Of a stretch of 64,000 nt of DNA, positions 12,501-26,890 are shown piece after piece (position 1 is the stretch's first letter; every line of letters begins with the position of its first letter). Under the pieces are notes generated by a model. The model was not told the origin of the DNA and did not search any database. It saw nothing but the letters and a program-made list of their open reading frames with translations. The stretch is from Laetmonice hystrix (taxonomy: Eukaryota). The translations under genes and the position numbers were made by a program. The stretch covers positions 25,298,001-25,362,000 of the forward strand of contig OZ249436.1 of NCBI GenBank assembly GCA_965235115.1. The letters run 5' to 3'.

Positions 12501-15500
12501 CCAGACCATTTTAAAAAGTCACAGAACCCTAATCCGGCCCTAATATGTCACTCCCAGTACCAATACACTCTGGAAGCACCATTAACCGAAATTCAGGCCT
12601 AGAACCAAACCTCTCTCTACCAATATCATGCACCTAGTCCGTATACGAGGTTGTAATTTACTTTAATCAACGGGCTGCGCCGCAGCAACCCACTCTGGAC
12701 TTTGCAATCTTTTTCAATATGCGTTAACATTTGTGACCAGCTCAACGCGCCTTGTAAAATTTTTCAAAGTGCGTAAAAGTGTGTGTCCACCCCGACACGG
12801 TTTCCAAACCACTATACCCACCGAGCGACATCCACTCAAATACAGGCTTCGACCGATCCTCACTGTGCCAATAATCCGCCACAAGGCAAATTCAGTCAAT
12901 GCAAGCTGGAAAATCGAATGTCAAACCTAATGCTCCCCCCCCCCCCAGCACGTTAACTGAAAATAATCAACTAGCTTGAAAACTAGAATATAGCTTTGTT
13001 TAGCTAACAATCTACTCTCCCAGCGCCATCAACTCGCATACAGGCGTAAAAGCAAACGCACTGCCCCATATAATGCTCCCAGCCTAAAACGATGTTGCAA
13101 TTAATTTAAAATTAACAAGATGCACTAGTAATCCGATCCAAGCCTAATTACGTCATTGCTAGTTTCATAACCAAATCTCACAGAAAATACCCCACCCGCG
13201 CACATAACCTGAAAATATTCAACTTTTATCTCCAATGTATCCCTGTGCACCTAGTAGCACCCAAGCGGGCCCAATTTTGACATTCCAACACAAATACCGC
13301 AAATACCCGCCTAATGGGACAAAAAACTTTCTACCCCGTTGCAAGTCACATTAGCTTGCTGCTTGTCGTAAAAAATGGTGCAGACCATTTCTAAAGTCAC
13401 AGTACCCCACTCCCGGCCTAATATTACGTTTCAGTATCCATATACGCTGCAAGCGGCAGGAACTCGAATACAGGCCTAAAAGTAACCCCAGTCTAGCAAT
13501 ATCATACTCTCATGCCATATACGAGCTTGTAATTATCTTTAATTAATGGGCTCCGCAGCACCAACCCACTGCATTAACATTTGTTTAACAGCTTAACGCA
13601 CCTTGTAAAAAATTTTCAAGTGCGTAAAAATGCGTGTCCACCTCCACATACTTTAAAAATCACTATACCCACCCAGCGACATTCACTCTAATACACGCCT
13701 AAGAGGAACTTCACTGTCCCATTTGATTCTCCAGCACGTATAGGATGTTTCAAGTAACATTCATCCACGGTCTGGCCCAATAACGTGCAACAAGGCATAG
13801 TAAGTCAATGCGAGCTCGCATGTCAAACCTAACCCGCCCCCCCAGCACATGAGCTGAAAATATTCAAATAGCTTGAAAACTAGAATATAGCTTTGCTTAA
13901 TACCATTATACCATCAACTCGCATTACAGGCCTAATGCGAAGCTCCCAGCCTAAAACGAGTTTCCAATTAATTTAAAGTTAACAAGATGCACTAATAATC
14001 GATTCCAAGCCTAATTAGGCCATTGCTAGTTGGAAAACCAAATCTCATACAAAATACACCCTCCCGGCAGATGACCTGAGAATATTCAACTCTTATGTCC
14101 GATATATCCCTGTCCGCTTTGTAGCACCCAGCCGGGCCCCCATTTTGACATTGCAACACCAATACAGCAAGTGCCCAGCTAACAGCACAAATAACAGGAT
14201 TCAGGGCTTCCTACCACGTTACAAGTCACAATAGATTGCTGCCTGTCGTAAAAATATACCAGACCATTTTAAAAAGTCACAGAACCCCAATCCGGCCCTA
14301 ATATGTCACTCCCAGTACCAATACACTCTGTAAGCACCATCAACTGAAATTCAATCCTAGAACCCACCTCTCTCTACCAATATCATGCACCTAGTCCGTA
14401 TACGAGGTTGTAATTTCCTTTAATCAACGGGCTGCGCCGCAGCAACCCACTCTGGTCTTTGCAATCTTTTTCAATATGCGTTAACATTTGTGACCAGCTC
14501 AACGCGCCTTGTAAAATTTTTCAAAGTGCGTAAAAGTGTGTGTCCACCCCGACACGCTTTCCAAACCACTATACCCACCGAGCGACATCCACTCAAATAC
14601 AGGCTTCGACCGATCCTCACTGTGCCAATAATCCGCCACAAGGCAAATTCAGTCAATGCAAGCTGGAAAATCGAATGTCAAACCTAATGCTCCCCCCCCC
14701 CAGCACGTTAACTGAAAATAATCAACTAGCTTGAAAACTAGAATATAGCTTTGTTTAGCTAACAATCTACTCTCCCAGCGCCATCAACTCGCATACAGGC
14801 GTAAAAGCAAACGCACTGCCCCATATAATGCTCCCAGCCTAAAACGATGTTGCAATTAATTTAAAATTAACAAGATGCACTAGTAATCCGATCCAAGCCT
14901 AATTACGTCATTGCTAGTTTCATAACCAAATCTCACAGAAAATACCCCACCCGCGCACATAACCTGAAAATATTCAACTTTTATCTCCAATGTATCCCTG
15001 TGCACCTAGTAGCACCCAAGCGGGCCCAATTTTGACATTCCAACACAAATACCGCAAATACCCGCCTAATGGCACAAAAAACTTTCTACCCCGTTGCAAG
15101 TCACATTAGCTTGCTGCTTGTCGTAAAAAATGGTGCAGACCATTTCTAAAGTCACAGTACCCCACTCCCGGCCTAATATTACGTTTCAGTATCCATATAC
15201 GCTGCAAGCGGCAAGAACTCGAATACAGGCCTAAAAGTAACCCCAGTCTAGCAATATCATACTCTCATGCCATATACGAGCTTGTAATTATCTTTAATTA
15301 ATGGGCTCCGCAGCACCAACCCACTGCATTAACATTTGTTTAACAGCTTAACGCACCTTGTAAAAAATTTTCAAGTGCGTAAAAATGCGTGTCCACCTCC
15401 ACATACTTTAAAAATCACTATACCCACCCAGCGACATTCACTCTAATACACGCCTAAGAGGAACTTCACTGTCCCATTTGATTCTCCAGCACGTATAGGA

Positions 15501-15795
15501 TGTTTCAAGTAACATTCATCCACGGTCTGGCCCAATAACGTGCAACAAGGCATAGTAAGTCAATGCGAGCTCGCATGTCAAACCTAACCCGCCCCCCAGC
15601 ACATGAGCTGAAAATATTCAAATAGCTTGAAAACTAGAATATAGCTTTGCTTAATACCATTATACCATCAACTCGCATTACAGGCCTAATGCGAAGCTCC
15701 CAGCCTAAAACGAGTTTCCAATTAATTTAAAGTTAACAAGATGCACTAATAATCGATTCCAAGCCTAATTAGGCCATTGCTAGTTGGATAACCAA
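3509..15795. repeat. Alternating two-monomer higher-order repeat (Y-X-Y-X-Y-X-Y, period about 3,510 bp)
   Basis: Y monomers carry CTGTAAG, TTCAATCC, TTTCCTTT and GGCAAGAA. X monomers carry ATTAACCG, GGACTTT and GGAAAACC. Rare variants recur 3,510 bp apart: CTTTTCAAACC at about 5781/9291, and CACAAACAAC at about 8051/11561. Confidence 0.9.
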
Positions 15796-18700
15796 ATCTC
15801 ATACAAAATACACCCTCCCGGCAGATGACCTGAGAATATTCAACTCTTATGTCCGATATATCCCTGTCCGCTTAGTAGCACCCAGCCGGGCCCCCATTTT
15901 GACATTGCAACACCAATACAGCAAGTGCCCAGCTAACAGCACAAATAACAGGATTCAGGGCTTCCTACCACGTTACAAGTCACAATAGATTGCTGCCTGT
16001 CGTAAAAATATACCAGACCATTTTAAAAAGTCACAGAACCCTAATCCGGCCCTAATATGTCACTCCCAGTACCAATACACTCTGGAAGCACCATCAACTG
16101 AAATTCAGGCCTAGAACCAAACCTCTCTCTACCAATATCATGCACCTAGTCCGTATACGAGGTTGTAATTTACTTTAATCAACGGGCTGCGCCGCAGCAA
16201 CCCACTCTGGTCTTTGCAATCTTTTTCAATATGCGTTAACATTTGTAACCAGCTCAACGCGCCTTGTAAAATTTTTCAAAGTGCGTAAAAGTGTGTGTCC
16301 ACCCCGACACGCTTTCCAAACCACTATACCCACCGAGCGACATCCACTCAAATACAGGCTTCGACCGATCCTCACTGTGCCAATAATCCGCCACAAGGCA
16401 AATTCAGTCAATGCAAGCTGGAAAATCGAATGTCAAACCTAATACTCCCCCCCCAGCACGTTAACTGAAAATAATCAACTAGCTTGAAAACTAGAATATA
16501 GCTTTGTTTAGCTAACAATCTACTCTCCCAGCGCCATCAACTCGCATACAGGCGTAAAAGCAAACGCACTGCCCCATATAATGCTCCCAGCCTAAAACGA
16601 TGTTGCAATTAATTTAAAATTAACAAGATGCACTAGTAATCCGATCCAAGCCTAATTACGTCATTGCTAGTTTCATAACCAAATCTCACAGAAAATACCC
16701 CACCCGCGCACATAACCTGAAAATATTCAACTTTTATCTCCAATGTATCCCTGTGCACCTAGTAGCACCCAAGCGGGCCCAATTTTGACATTCCAACACA
16801 AATACCGCAAATACCCGCCTAATGGCACAAAAAACTTTCTACCCCGTTGCAAGTCACATTAGCTTGCTGCTTGTCGTAAAAAATGGTGCAGACCATTTCT
16901 AAAGTCACAGTACCCCACTCCCGGCCTAATATTACGTTTCAGTATCCATATACGCTGCAAGCGGCAGGAACTCGAATACAGGCCTAAAAGTAACCCCAGT
17001 CTAGCAATATCATACTCTCATGCCATATACGAGCTTGTAATTATCTTTAATTAATGGGCTCCGCAGCACCAACCCACTGCATTAACATTTGTTTAACAGC
17101 TTAACGCACCTTGTAAAAAATTTTCAAGTGCGTAAAAATGCGTGTCCACCTCCACATACTTTAAAAATCACTATACCCACCCAGCGACATTCACTCTAAT
17201 ACACGCCTAAGAGGAACTTCACTGTCCCATTTGATTCTCCAGCACGTATAGGATGTTTCAAGTAACATTCATCCACGGTCTGGCCCAATAACGTGCAACA
17301 AGGCATAGTAAGTCAATGCGAGCTCGCATGTCAAACCTAACCCGCCCCCCAGCACATGAGCTGAAAATATTCAAATAGCTTGAAAACTAGAATATAGCTT
17401 TGCTTAATACCATTATACCATCAACTCGCATTACAGGCCTAATGCGAAGCTCCCAGCCTAAAACGAGTTTCCAATTAATTTAAAGTTAACAAGATGCACT
17501 AATAATCGATTCCAAGCCTAATTAGGCCATTGCTAGTTGGATAACCAAATCTCATACAAAATACACCCTCCCGGCAGATGACCTGAGAATATTCAACTCT
17601 TATGTCCGATATATCCCTGTCCGCTTAGTAGCACCCAGCCGGGCCCCCATTTTGACATTGCAACACCAATACAGCAAGTGCCCAGCTAACAGCACAAATA
17701 ACAGGATTCAGGGCTTCCTACCACGTTACAAGTCACAATAGATTGCTGCCTGTCGTAAAAATATACCAGACCATTTTAAAAAGTCACAGAACCCCAATCC
17801 GGCCCTAATATGTCACTCCCAGTACCAATACACTCTGGAAGCACCATCAACTGAAATTCAGGCCTAGAACCCACCTCTCTCTACCAATATCATGCACCTA
17901 GTCCGTATACGAGGTTGTAATTTACTTTAATCAACGGGCTGCGCCGCAGCAACCCACTCTGGTCTTTGCAATCTTTTTCAATATGCGTTAACATTTGTAA
18001 CCAGCTCAACGCGCCTTGTAAAATTTTTCAAAGTGCGTAAAAGTGTGTGTCCACCCCGACACGCTTTCCAAACCACTATACCCACCGAGCGACATCCACT
18101 CAAATACAGGCTTCGACCGATCCTCACTGTGCCAATAATCCGCCACAAGGCAAATTCAGTCAATGCAAGCTGGAAAATCGAATGTCAAACCTAATGCTCC
18201 CCCCCCCAGCACGTTAACTGAAAAAAATCAACTAGCTTGAAAACTAGAATATAGCTTTGTTTAGCTAACAATCTACTCTCCCAGCGCCATCAACTCGCAT
18301 ACAGGCGTAAAAGCAAACGCACTGCCCCATATAATGCTCCCAGCCTAAAACGATGTTGCAATTAATTTAAAATTAACAAGATGCACTAGTAATCCGATCC
18401 AAGCTTAATTACGTCATTGCTAGTTTCATAACCAAATCTCACAGAAAATACCCCACCTGGGCACATAACCTGAAAATATTCAACTTTTATCTCCAATGTA
18501 TCCCTGTGCACCTAGTAGCACCCAAGCGGGCCCAATTTTGACATCCCAACACAAATACCGCAAATACCCGCCTAATGGCACAAAAAACTTTCTACCCCGT
18601 TGCAAATCACATTAGCGTGCTGCTTGTCGTAAAAAATGGTGCAGACCATTTCTAAAGTCACAGTACCCCACTCCCGGCCTAATATTACGTTTCAGTATCC

Positions 18701-21700
18701 ATATACGCTGCAAGCGGCAGGAACTCGAATACAGGCCTAAAAGTAACCTCAGTCTAGCAATATCATACTCCCATGCCATATACGAGCTTGTAATTATCTT
18801 TAATTAATGGGCTCCGCAGCACCAACCCACTGCATTAACATTTGTTTAACAGCTTAACGCACCTTGTAAAATTTTTTCAAGTGCGTAAAAATGCGTGTCC
18901 ACCTCCACATACTTTAAAAATCACTATACCCACCCAGCGACATCCACTCTAATACACGCCTAAAAGGAACTTCACTGTCCCATTTGATTCTCCAGCACGT
19001 ATAGGATGTTTCAAGTAACATTCATCCACGGTCTGGCCCAATAACGTGCAACAAGGCATAGTAAGTCAATGCGACCTCGCATGTCAAACCTAACCCGCCC
19101 CCCAGCACATGAGCTGAAAATATTCAAATAGCTTGAAAACTAGAATATAGCTTTGCTTAATACCATTATACCATCAACTCGCATTACAGGCCTAATGCGA
19201 AGCTCCCAGCCTAAAACGAGTTTCCAATTAATTTAAAGTTAACAAGATGCACTAATAATCGATTCCAAGCCTAATTAGGCCATTGCTAGTTGGATAACCA
19301 AATCTCATACAAAATACACCCTCCCGGCAGATGACCTGAGAATATTCAACTCTTATGTCCGATATATCCCTGTCCGCTTAGTAGCACCCAGCCGGGCCCC
19401 CATTTTGACATTGCAACACCAATACAGCAAGTGCCCAGCTAACAGCACAAATAACAGGATTCAGGGCTTCCTACCACGTTACAAGTCACAATAGATTGCT
19501 GCCTGTCGTAAAAATATACCAGACCATTTTAAAAAGTCACAGAACCCCAATCCGGCCCTAATATGTCACTCCCAGTACCAATAGACGCTGGAAGCACCAT
19601 CAACTGAAATTCAGGCCTAGAACCCACCTCTCTCTACCAATATCATGCACCTAGTCCGTATACGAGGTTGTAATTTACTTTAATCAACGGGCTGCGCCGC
19701 AGCAACCCACTCTGGTCTTTGCAATCTTTTTCAATATGCGTTAACATTTGTGACCAGCTCAACGCGCCTTGTAAAATTTTTCGAAGTGCGTAAAAGTGTG
19801 TGTCCACCCCGACACGCTTTCCAAACCACTATACCCACCGAGCGACATCCACTCAAATACAGGCTTCGACCGATCCTCACTGTGCCAATAATCCGCCACA
19901 AGGCAAATTCAGTCAATGCAAGCTGGAAAATCGAATGTCAAACCTAATGCTCCCCCCCCCCAGCACGTTAACTGAAAAAAATCAACTAGCTTGAAAACTA
20001 GAATATAGCTTTGTTTAGCTAACAATCTACTCTCCCAGCGCCATCAACTCGCATACAGGCGTAAAAGCAAACGCACTGCCCCATATAATGCTCCCAGCCT
20101 AAAACGATGTTGCAATTAATTTAAAATTAACAAGATGCACTAGTAATCCGATCCAAGCCTAATTACGTCATTGCTAGTTTCATAACCAAATCTCACAGAA
20201 AATACCCCACCCGCGCACATAACCTGAAAATATTCAACTTTTATCTCCAATGTATCCCTGTGCACCTAGTAGCACCCAAGCGGGCCCAATTTTGACATTC
20301 CAACACAAATACCGCAAATACCCGCCTAATGGCACAAAAAACTTTCTACCCCGTTGCAAGTCACATTAGCTTGCTGCTTGTCGTAAAAAATGGTGCAGAC
20401 CATTTCTAAAGTCACAGTACCCCACTCCCGGCCTAATATTACGTTTCAGTATCCATATACGCTGTAAGCGGCAAGAACTCGAATACAGGCCTAAAAGTAA
20501 CCCCAGTCTAGCAATATCATACTCTCATGCCATATACGAGCTTGTAATTATCTTTAATTAATGGGCTCCGCAGCACCAACCCACTGCATTAACATTTGTT
20601 TAACAGCTTAACGCACCTTGTAAAAAATTTTCAAGTGCGTAAAAATGCGTGTCCACCTCCACATACTTTAAAAATCACTATACCCACCCAGCGACATTCA
20701 CTCTAATACACGCCTAAGAGGAACTTCACTGTCCCATTTGATTCTCCAGCACGTATAGGATGTTTCAAGTAACATTCATCCACGGTCTGGCCCAATAACG
20801 TGCAACAAGGCATAGTAAGTCAATGCGAGCTCGCATGTCAAACCTAACCCGCCCCCCAGCACATGAGCTGAAAATATTCAAATAGCTTGAAAACTAGAAT
20901 ATAGCTTTGCTTAATACCATTATACCATCAACTCGCATTACAGGCCTAATGCGAAGCTCCCAGCCTAAAACGAGTTTCCAATTAATTTAAAGTTAACAAG
21001 ATGCACTAATAATCGATTCCAAGCCTAATTAGGCCATTGCTAGTTGGATAACCAAATCTCATACAAAATACACCCTCCCGGCAGATGACCTGAGAATATT
21101 CAACTCTTATGTCCGATATATCCCTGTCCGCTTTGTAGCACCCAGCCGGGCCCCCATTTTGACATTGCAACACCAATACAGCAAGTGCCCAGCTAACAGC
21201 ACAAATAACAGGATTCAGGGCTTCCTACCACGTTACAAGTCACAATAGATTGCTGCCTGTCGTAAAAATATACCAGACCATTTTAAAAAGTCACAGAACC
21301 CCAATCCGGCCCTAATATGTCACTCCCAGTACCAATACACTCTGGAAGCACCATCAACTGAAATTCAGGCCTAGAACCCACCTCTCTCTACCAATATCAT
21401 GCACCTAGTCCGTATACGAGGTTGTAATTTACTTTAATCAACGGGCTGCGCCGCAGCAACCCACTCTGGTCTTTGCAATCTTTTTCAATATGCGTTAACA
21501 TTTGTAACCAGCTCAACGCGCCTTGTAAAATTTTTCAAAGTGCGTAAAAGTGTGTGTCCACCCCGACACGCTTTCCAAACCACTATACCCACCGAGCGAC
21601 ATCCACTCAAATACAGGCTTCGACCGATCCTCACTGTGCCAATAATCCGCCACAAGGCAAATTCAGTCAATGCAAGCTGGAAAATCGAATGTCAAACCTA

Positions 21701-24505
21701 ATGTTCCCCCCCCAGCACGTTAACTGAAAAAAATCAACTAGCTTGAAAACTAGAATATAGCTTTGTTTAGCTAACAATCTACTCTCCCAGCGCCATCAAC
21801 TCGCATACAGGCGTAAAAGCAAACGCACTGCCCCATATAATGCTCCCAGCCTAAAACGATGTTGCAATTAATTTAAAATTAACAAGATGCACTAGTAATC
21901 CGATCCAAGCCTAATTACGTCATTGCTAGTTTCATAACCAAATCTCACAGAAAATACCCCACCCGCGCACATAACCTGAAAATATTCAACTTTTATCTCC
22001 AATGTATCCCTGTGCACCTAGTAGCACCCAAGCGGGCCCAATTTTGACATTCCAACACAAATACCGCAAATACCCGCCTAATGGCACAAAAAACTTTCTA
22101 CCCCGTTGCAAGTCACATTAGCTTGCTGCTTGTCGTAAAAAATGGTGCAGACCATTTCTAAAGTCACAGTACCCCACTCCCGGCCTAATATTACGTTTCA
22201 GTATCCATATACGCTGCAAGCGGCAAGAACTCGAATACAGGCCTAAAAGTAACCCCAGTCTAGCAATATCATACTCTCATGCCATATACGAGCTTGTAAT
22301 TATCTTTAATTAATGGGCTCCGCAGCACCAACCCACTGCATTAACATTTGTTTAACAGCTTAACGCACCTTGTAAAAAATTTTCAAGTGCGTAAAAATGC
22401 GTGTCCACCTCCACATACTTTAAAAATCACTATACCCACCCAGCGACATTCACTCTAATACACGCCTAAGAGGAACTTCACTGTCCCATTTGATTCTCCA
22501 GCACGTATAGGATGTTTCAAGTAACATTCATCCACGGTCTGGCCCAATAACGTGCAACAAGGCATAGTGAGTCAATGCGAGCTCGCATGTCAAACCTAAC
22601 CCGCCCCCCAGCACATGAGCTGAAAATATTCAAATAGCTTGAAAACTAGAATATAGCTTTGCTTAATACCATTATACCATCAACTCGCATTACAGGCCTA
22701 ATGCGAAGCTCCCAGCCTAAAACGAGTTTCCAATTAATTTAAAGTTAACAAGATGCACTAATAATCGATTCCAAGCCTAATTAGGCCATTGCTAGTTGGA
22801 TAACCAAATCTCATACAAAATACACCCTCCCGGCAGATGACCTGAGAATATTCAACTCTTATGTCCGATATATCCCTGTCCGCTTTGTAGCACCCAGCCG
22901 GGCCCCCATTTTGACATTGCAACACCAATACAGCAAGTGCCCAGCTAACAGCACAAATAACAGGATTCAGGGCTTCCTACCACGTTACAAGTCACAATAG
23001 ATTGCTGCCTGTCGTAAAAATATACCAGACCATTTTAAAAAGTCACAGAACCCCAATCCGGCCCTAATATGTCACTCCCAGTACCAATACACTCTGGAAG
23101 CACCATCAACTGAAATTCAGGCCTAGAACCCACCTCTCTATACCAATATCATGCACCTAGTCCGTATACGAGGTTGTAATTTACTTTAATCAACGGGCTG
23201 CGCCGCAGCAACCCACTCTGGTCTTTGCAATCTTTTTCAATATGCGTTAACATTTGTAACCAGCTCAACGCGCCTTGTAAAATTTTTCAAAGTGCGTAAA
23301 AGTGTGTGTCCACCCCGACACGCTTTCCAAACCACTATACCCACCGAGCGACATCCACTCAAATACAGGCTTCGACCGATCCTCACTGTGCCAATAATCC
23401 GCCACAAGGCAAATTCAGTCAATGCAAGCTGGAAAATCGAATGTCAAACCTAATACTCCCCCCCAGCACGTTAACTGAAAATAATCAACTAGCTTGAAAA
23501 CTAGAATATAGCTTTGTTAAGCTAACAATCTACTCTCCCAGCGCCATCAACTCGCATACAGGCGTAAAAGCAAACGCACTGCCCCATATAATGCTCCCAG
23601 CCTAAAACGATGTTGCAATTAATTTAAAATTAACAAGATGCACTAGTAATCCGATCCAAGCTTAATTACGTCATTGCTAGTTTCATAACCAAATCTCACA
23701 GAAAATACCCCACCCGGGCACATAACCTGAAAATATTCAACTTTTATCTCCAATGTATCCCTGTGCACCTAGTAGCACCCAAGCGGGCCCAATTTTGACA
23801 TCCCAACACAAATACCGCAAATACCCGCCTAATGGCACAAAAAACTTTCTACCCCGTTGCAAATCACATTAGCGTGCTGCTTGTCGTAAAAAATGGTGCA
23901 GACCATTTCTAAAGTCACAGTACCCCACTCCCGGCCTAATATTACGTTTCAGTATCCATATACGCTGCAAGCGGCAGGAACTCGAATACAGGCCTAAAAG
24001 TAACCTCAGTCTAGCAATATCATACTCCCATGCCATATACGAGCTTGTAATTATCTTTAATTAATGGGCTCCGCAGCACCAACCCACTGCATTAACATTT
24101 GTTTAACAGCTTAACGCACCTTGTAAAATTTTTTCAAGTGCGTAAAAATGCGTGTCCACCTCCACATACTTTAAAAATCACTATACCCACCCAGCGACAT
24201 CCACTCTAATACACGCCTAAAAGGAACTTCACTGTCCCATTTGATTCTCCAGCACGTATAGGATGTTTCAAGTAACATTCATCCACGGTCTGGCCCAATA
24301 ACGTGCAACAAGGCATAGTAAGTCAATGCGACCTCGCATGTCAAACCTAACCCGCCCCCCAGCACATGAGCTGAAAATATTCAAATAGCGTGAAAACTAG
24401 AATATAGCTTTGCTTAATACCATTATACCATCAACTCGCATTACAGGCCTAATGCGAAGCTCCCAGCCTAAAACGAGTTTCCAATTAATTTAAAGTTAAC
24501 AAGAT

Positions 24506-24675
24506 GCACTAATAATCGATTCCAAGCCTAATTAGGCCATTGCTAGTTGGATAACCAAATCTCATACAAAATACACCCTCCCGGCAGATGACCTGAGAAT
24601 ATTCAACTCTTATGTCCGATATATCCCTGTCCGCTTAGTAGCACCCAGCCAGGCCCCCATTTTGACATTGCAACA
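24506..24675 (+). repeat. Left copy of a 170-bp direct duplication flanking inverted insert 1 (monomer positions 1701-1753 plus 1-117)
   Basis: Same sequence as 24970-25139 except CCAGGCCC versus CCGGGCCC at 24651. Confidence 0.93.
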
Positions 24676-24971
24676 AGTTGATTATTTTCAGTTAACGTGC
24701 TGGGGGGGGGAGCATTAGGTTTGACATTCGATTTTCCAGCTTGCATTGACTGAATTTGCCTTGTGGCGGATTATTGGCACAGTGAGGATCGGTCGAAGCC
24801 TGTATTTGAGTGGATGTCGCTCGGTGGGTATAGTGGTTTGGAAAGCGTGTCGGGGTGGACACACACTTTTACGCACTTTGAAAAATTTTACAAGGCGCGT
24901 TGAGCTGGTTACAAATGTTAACGCATATTGAAAAAGATTGCAAAGACCAGAGTGGGTTGCTGCGGCGCAGC
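24676..24971 (-). repeat. Inverted monomer fragment 1 (296 bp; reverse complement of monomer positions 391-685)
   Basis: AGTTGATTATTTTCAGTTAACGTGCTG9AGCATTAGG...GGGTTGCTGCGGCGCAGC is the reverse complement of subunit A 391-685. The 61-aa ORF flips to the + strand at 24746-24931. Confidence 0.98.
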
Positions 24972-25139
24972 ACTAATAATCGATTCCAAGCCTAATTAGG
25001 CCATTGCTAGTTGGATAACCAAATCTCATACAAAATACACCCTCCCGGCAGATGACCTGAGAATATTCAACTCTTATGTCCGATATATCCCTGTCCGCTT
25101 AGTAGCACCCAGCCGGGCCCCCATTTTGACATTGCAACA
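24970..25139 (+). repeat. Right copy of the 170-bp direct duplication flanking inverted insert 1
   Basis: The array resumes at GCACTAATAATCG (monomer position 1701). A 2-bp GC overlap is shared with the end of the inverted segment. Confidence 0.93.
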
Positions 25140-26890
25140 CCAATACAGCAAGTGACCAGCTAACAGCACAAATAACAGGATTCAGGGCTTCCTACCACGT
25201 TACAAGTCACAATAGATTGCTGCCTGTCGTAAAAATATACCAGACCATTTTAAAAAGTCACAGAACCCCAATCCGGCCCTAATATGTCACTCCCAGTACC
25301 AATACACTCTGGAAGCACCATCAACTGAAATTCAGGCCTAGAACCCACCTCTCTATACCAATATCATGCACCTAGTCCGTATACGAGGTTGTAATTTACT
25401 TTAATCAACGGGCTGCGCCGCAGCAACCCACTCTGGTCTTTGCAATCTTTTTCAATATGCGTTAACATTTGTAACCAGCTCAACGCGCCTTGTAAAATTT
25501 TTCAAAGTGCGTAAAAGTGTGTGTCCACCCCGACACGCTTTCCAAACCACTATACCCACCGAGCGACATCCACTCAAATACAGGCTTCGACCGATCCTCA
25601 CTGTGCCAATAATCCGCCACAAGGCAAATTCAGTCAATGCAAGCTGGAAAATCGAATGTCAAACCTAATACTCCCCCCCAGCACGTTAACTGAAAATAAT
25701 CAACTAGCTTGAAAACTAGAATATAGCTTTGTTAAGCTAACAATCTACTCTCCCAGCGCCATCAACTCGCATACAGGCGTAAAAGCAAACGCACTGCCCC
25801 ATATAATGCTCCCAGCCTAAAACGATGTTGCAATTAATTTAAAATTAACAAGATGCACTAGTAATCCGATCCAAGCTTAATTACGTCATTGCTAGTTTCA
25901 TAACCAAATCTCACAGAAAATACCCCACCCGGGCACATAACCTGAAAATATTCAACTTTTATCTCCAATGTATCCCTGTGCACCTAGTAGCACCCAAGCG
26001 GGCCCAATTTTGACATCCCAACACAAATACCGCAAATACCCGCCTAATGGCACAAAAAACTTTCTACCCCGTTGCAAATCACATTAGCGTGCTGCTTGTC
26101 GTAAAAAATGGTGCAGACCATTTCTAAAGTCACAGTACCCCACTCCCGGCCTAATATTACGTTTCAGTATCCATATACGCTGCAAGCGGCAGGAACTCGA
26201 ATACAGGCCTAAAAGTAACCTCAGTCTAGCAATATCATACTCCCATGCCATATACGAGCTTGTAATTATCTTTAATTAATGGGCTCCGCAGCACCAACCC
26301 ACTGCATTAACATTTGTTTAACAGCTTAACGCACCTTGTAAAATTTTTTCAAGTGCGTAAAAATGCGTGTCCACCTCCACATACTTTAAAAATCACTATA
26401 CCCACCCAGCGACATCCACTCTAATACACGCCTAAAAGGAACTTCACTGTCCCATTTGATTCTCCAGCACGTATAGGATGTTTCAAGTAACATTCATCCA
26501 CGGTCTGGCCCAATAACGTGCAACAAGGCATAGTAAGTCAATGCGACCTCGCATGTCAAACCTAACCCGCCCCCCAGCACATGAGCTGAAAATATTCAAA
26601 TAGCGTGAAAACTAGAATATAGCTTTGCTTAATACCATTATACCATCAACTCGCATTACAGGCCTAATGCGAAGCTCCCAGCCTAAAACGAGTTTCCAAT
26701 TAATTTAAAGTTAACAAGATGCACTAATAATCGATTCCAAGCCTAATTAGGCCATTGCTAGTTGGATAACCAAATCTCATACAAAATACACCCTCCCGGC
26801 AGATGACCTGAGAATATTCAACTCTTATGTCCGATATATCCCTGTCCGCTTAGTAGCACCCAGCCAGGCCCCCATTTTGACATTGCAACA

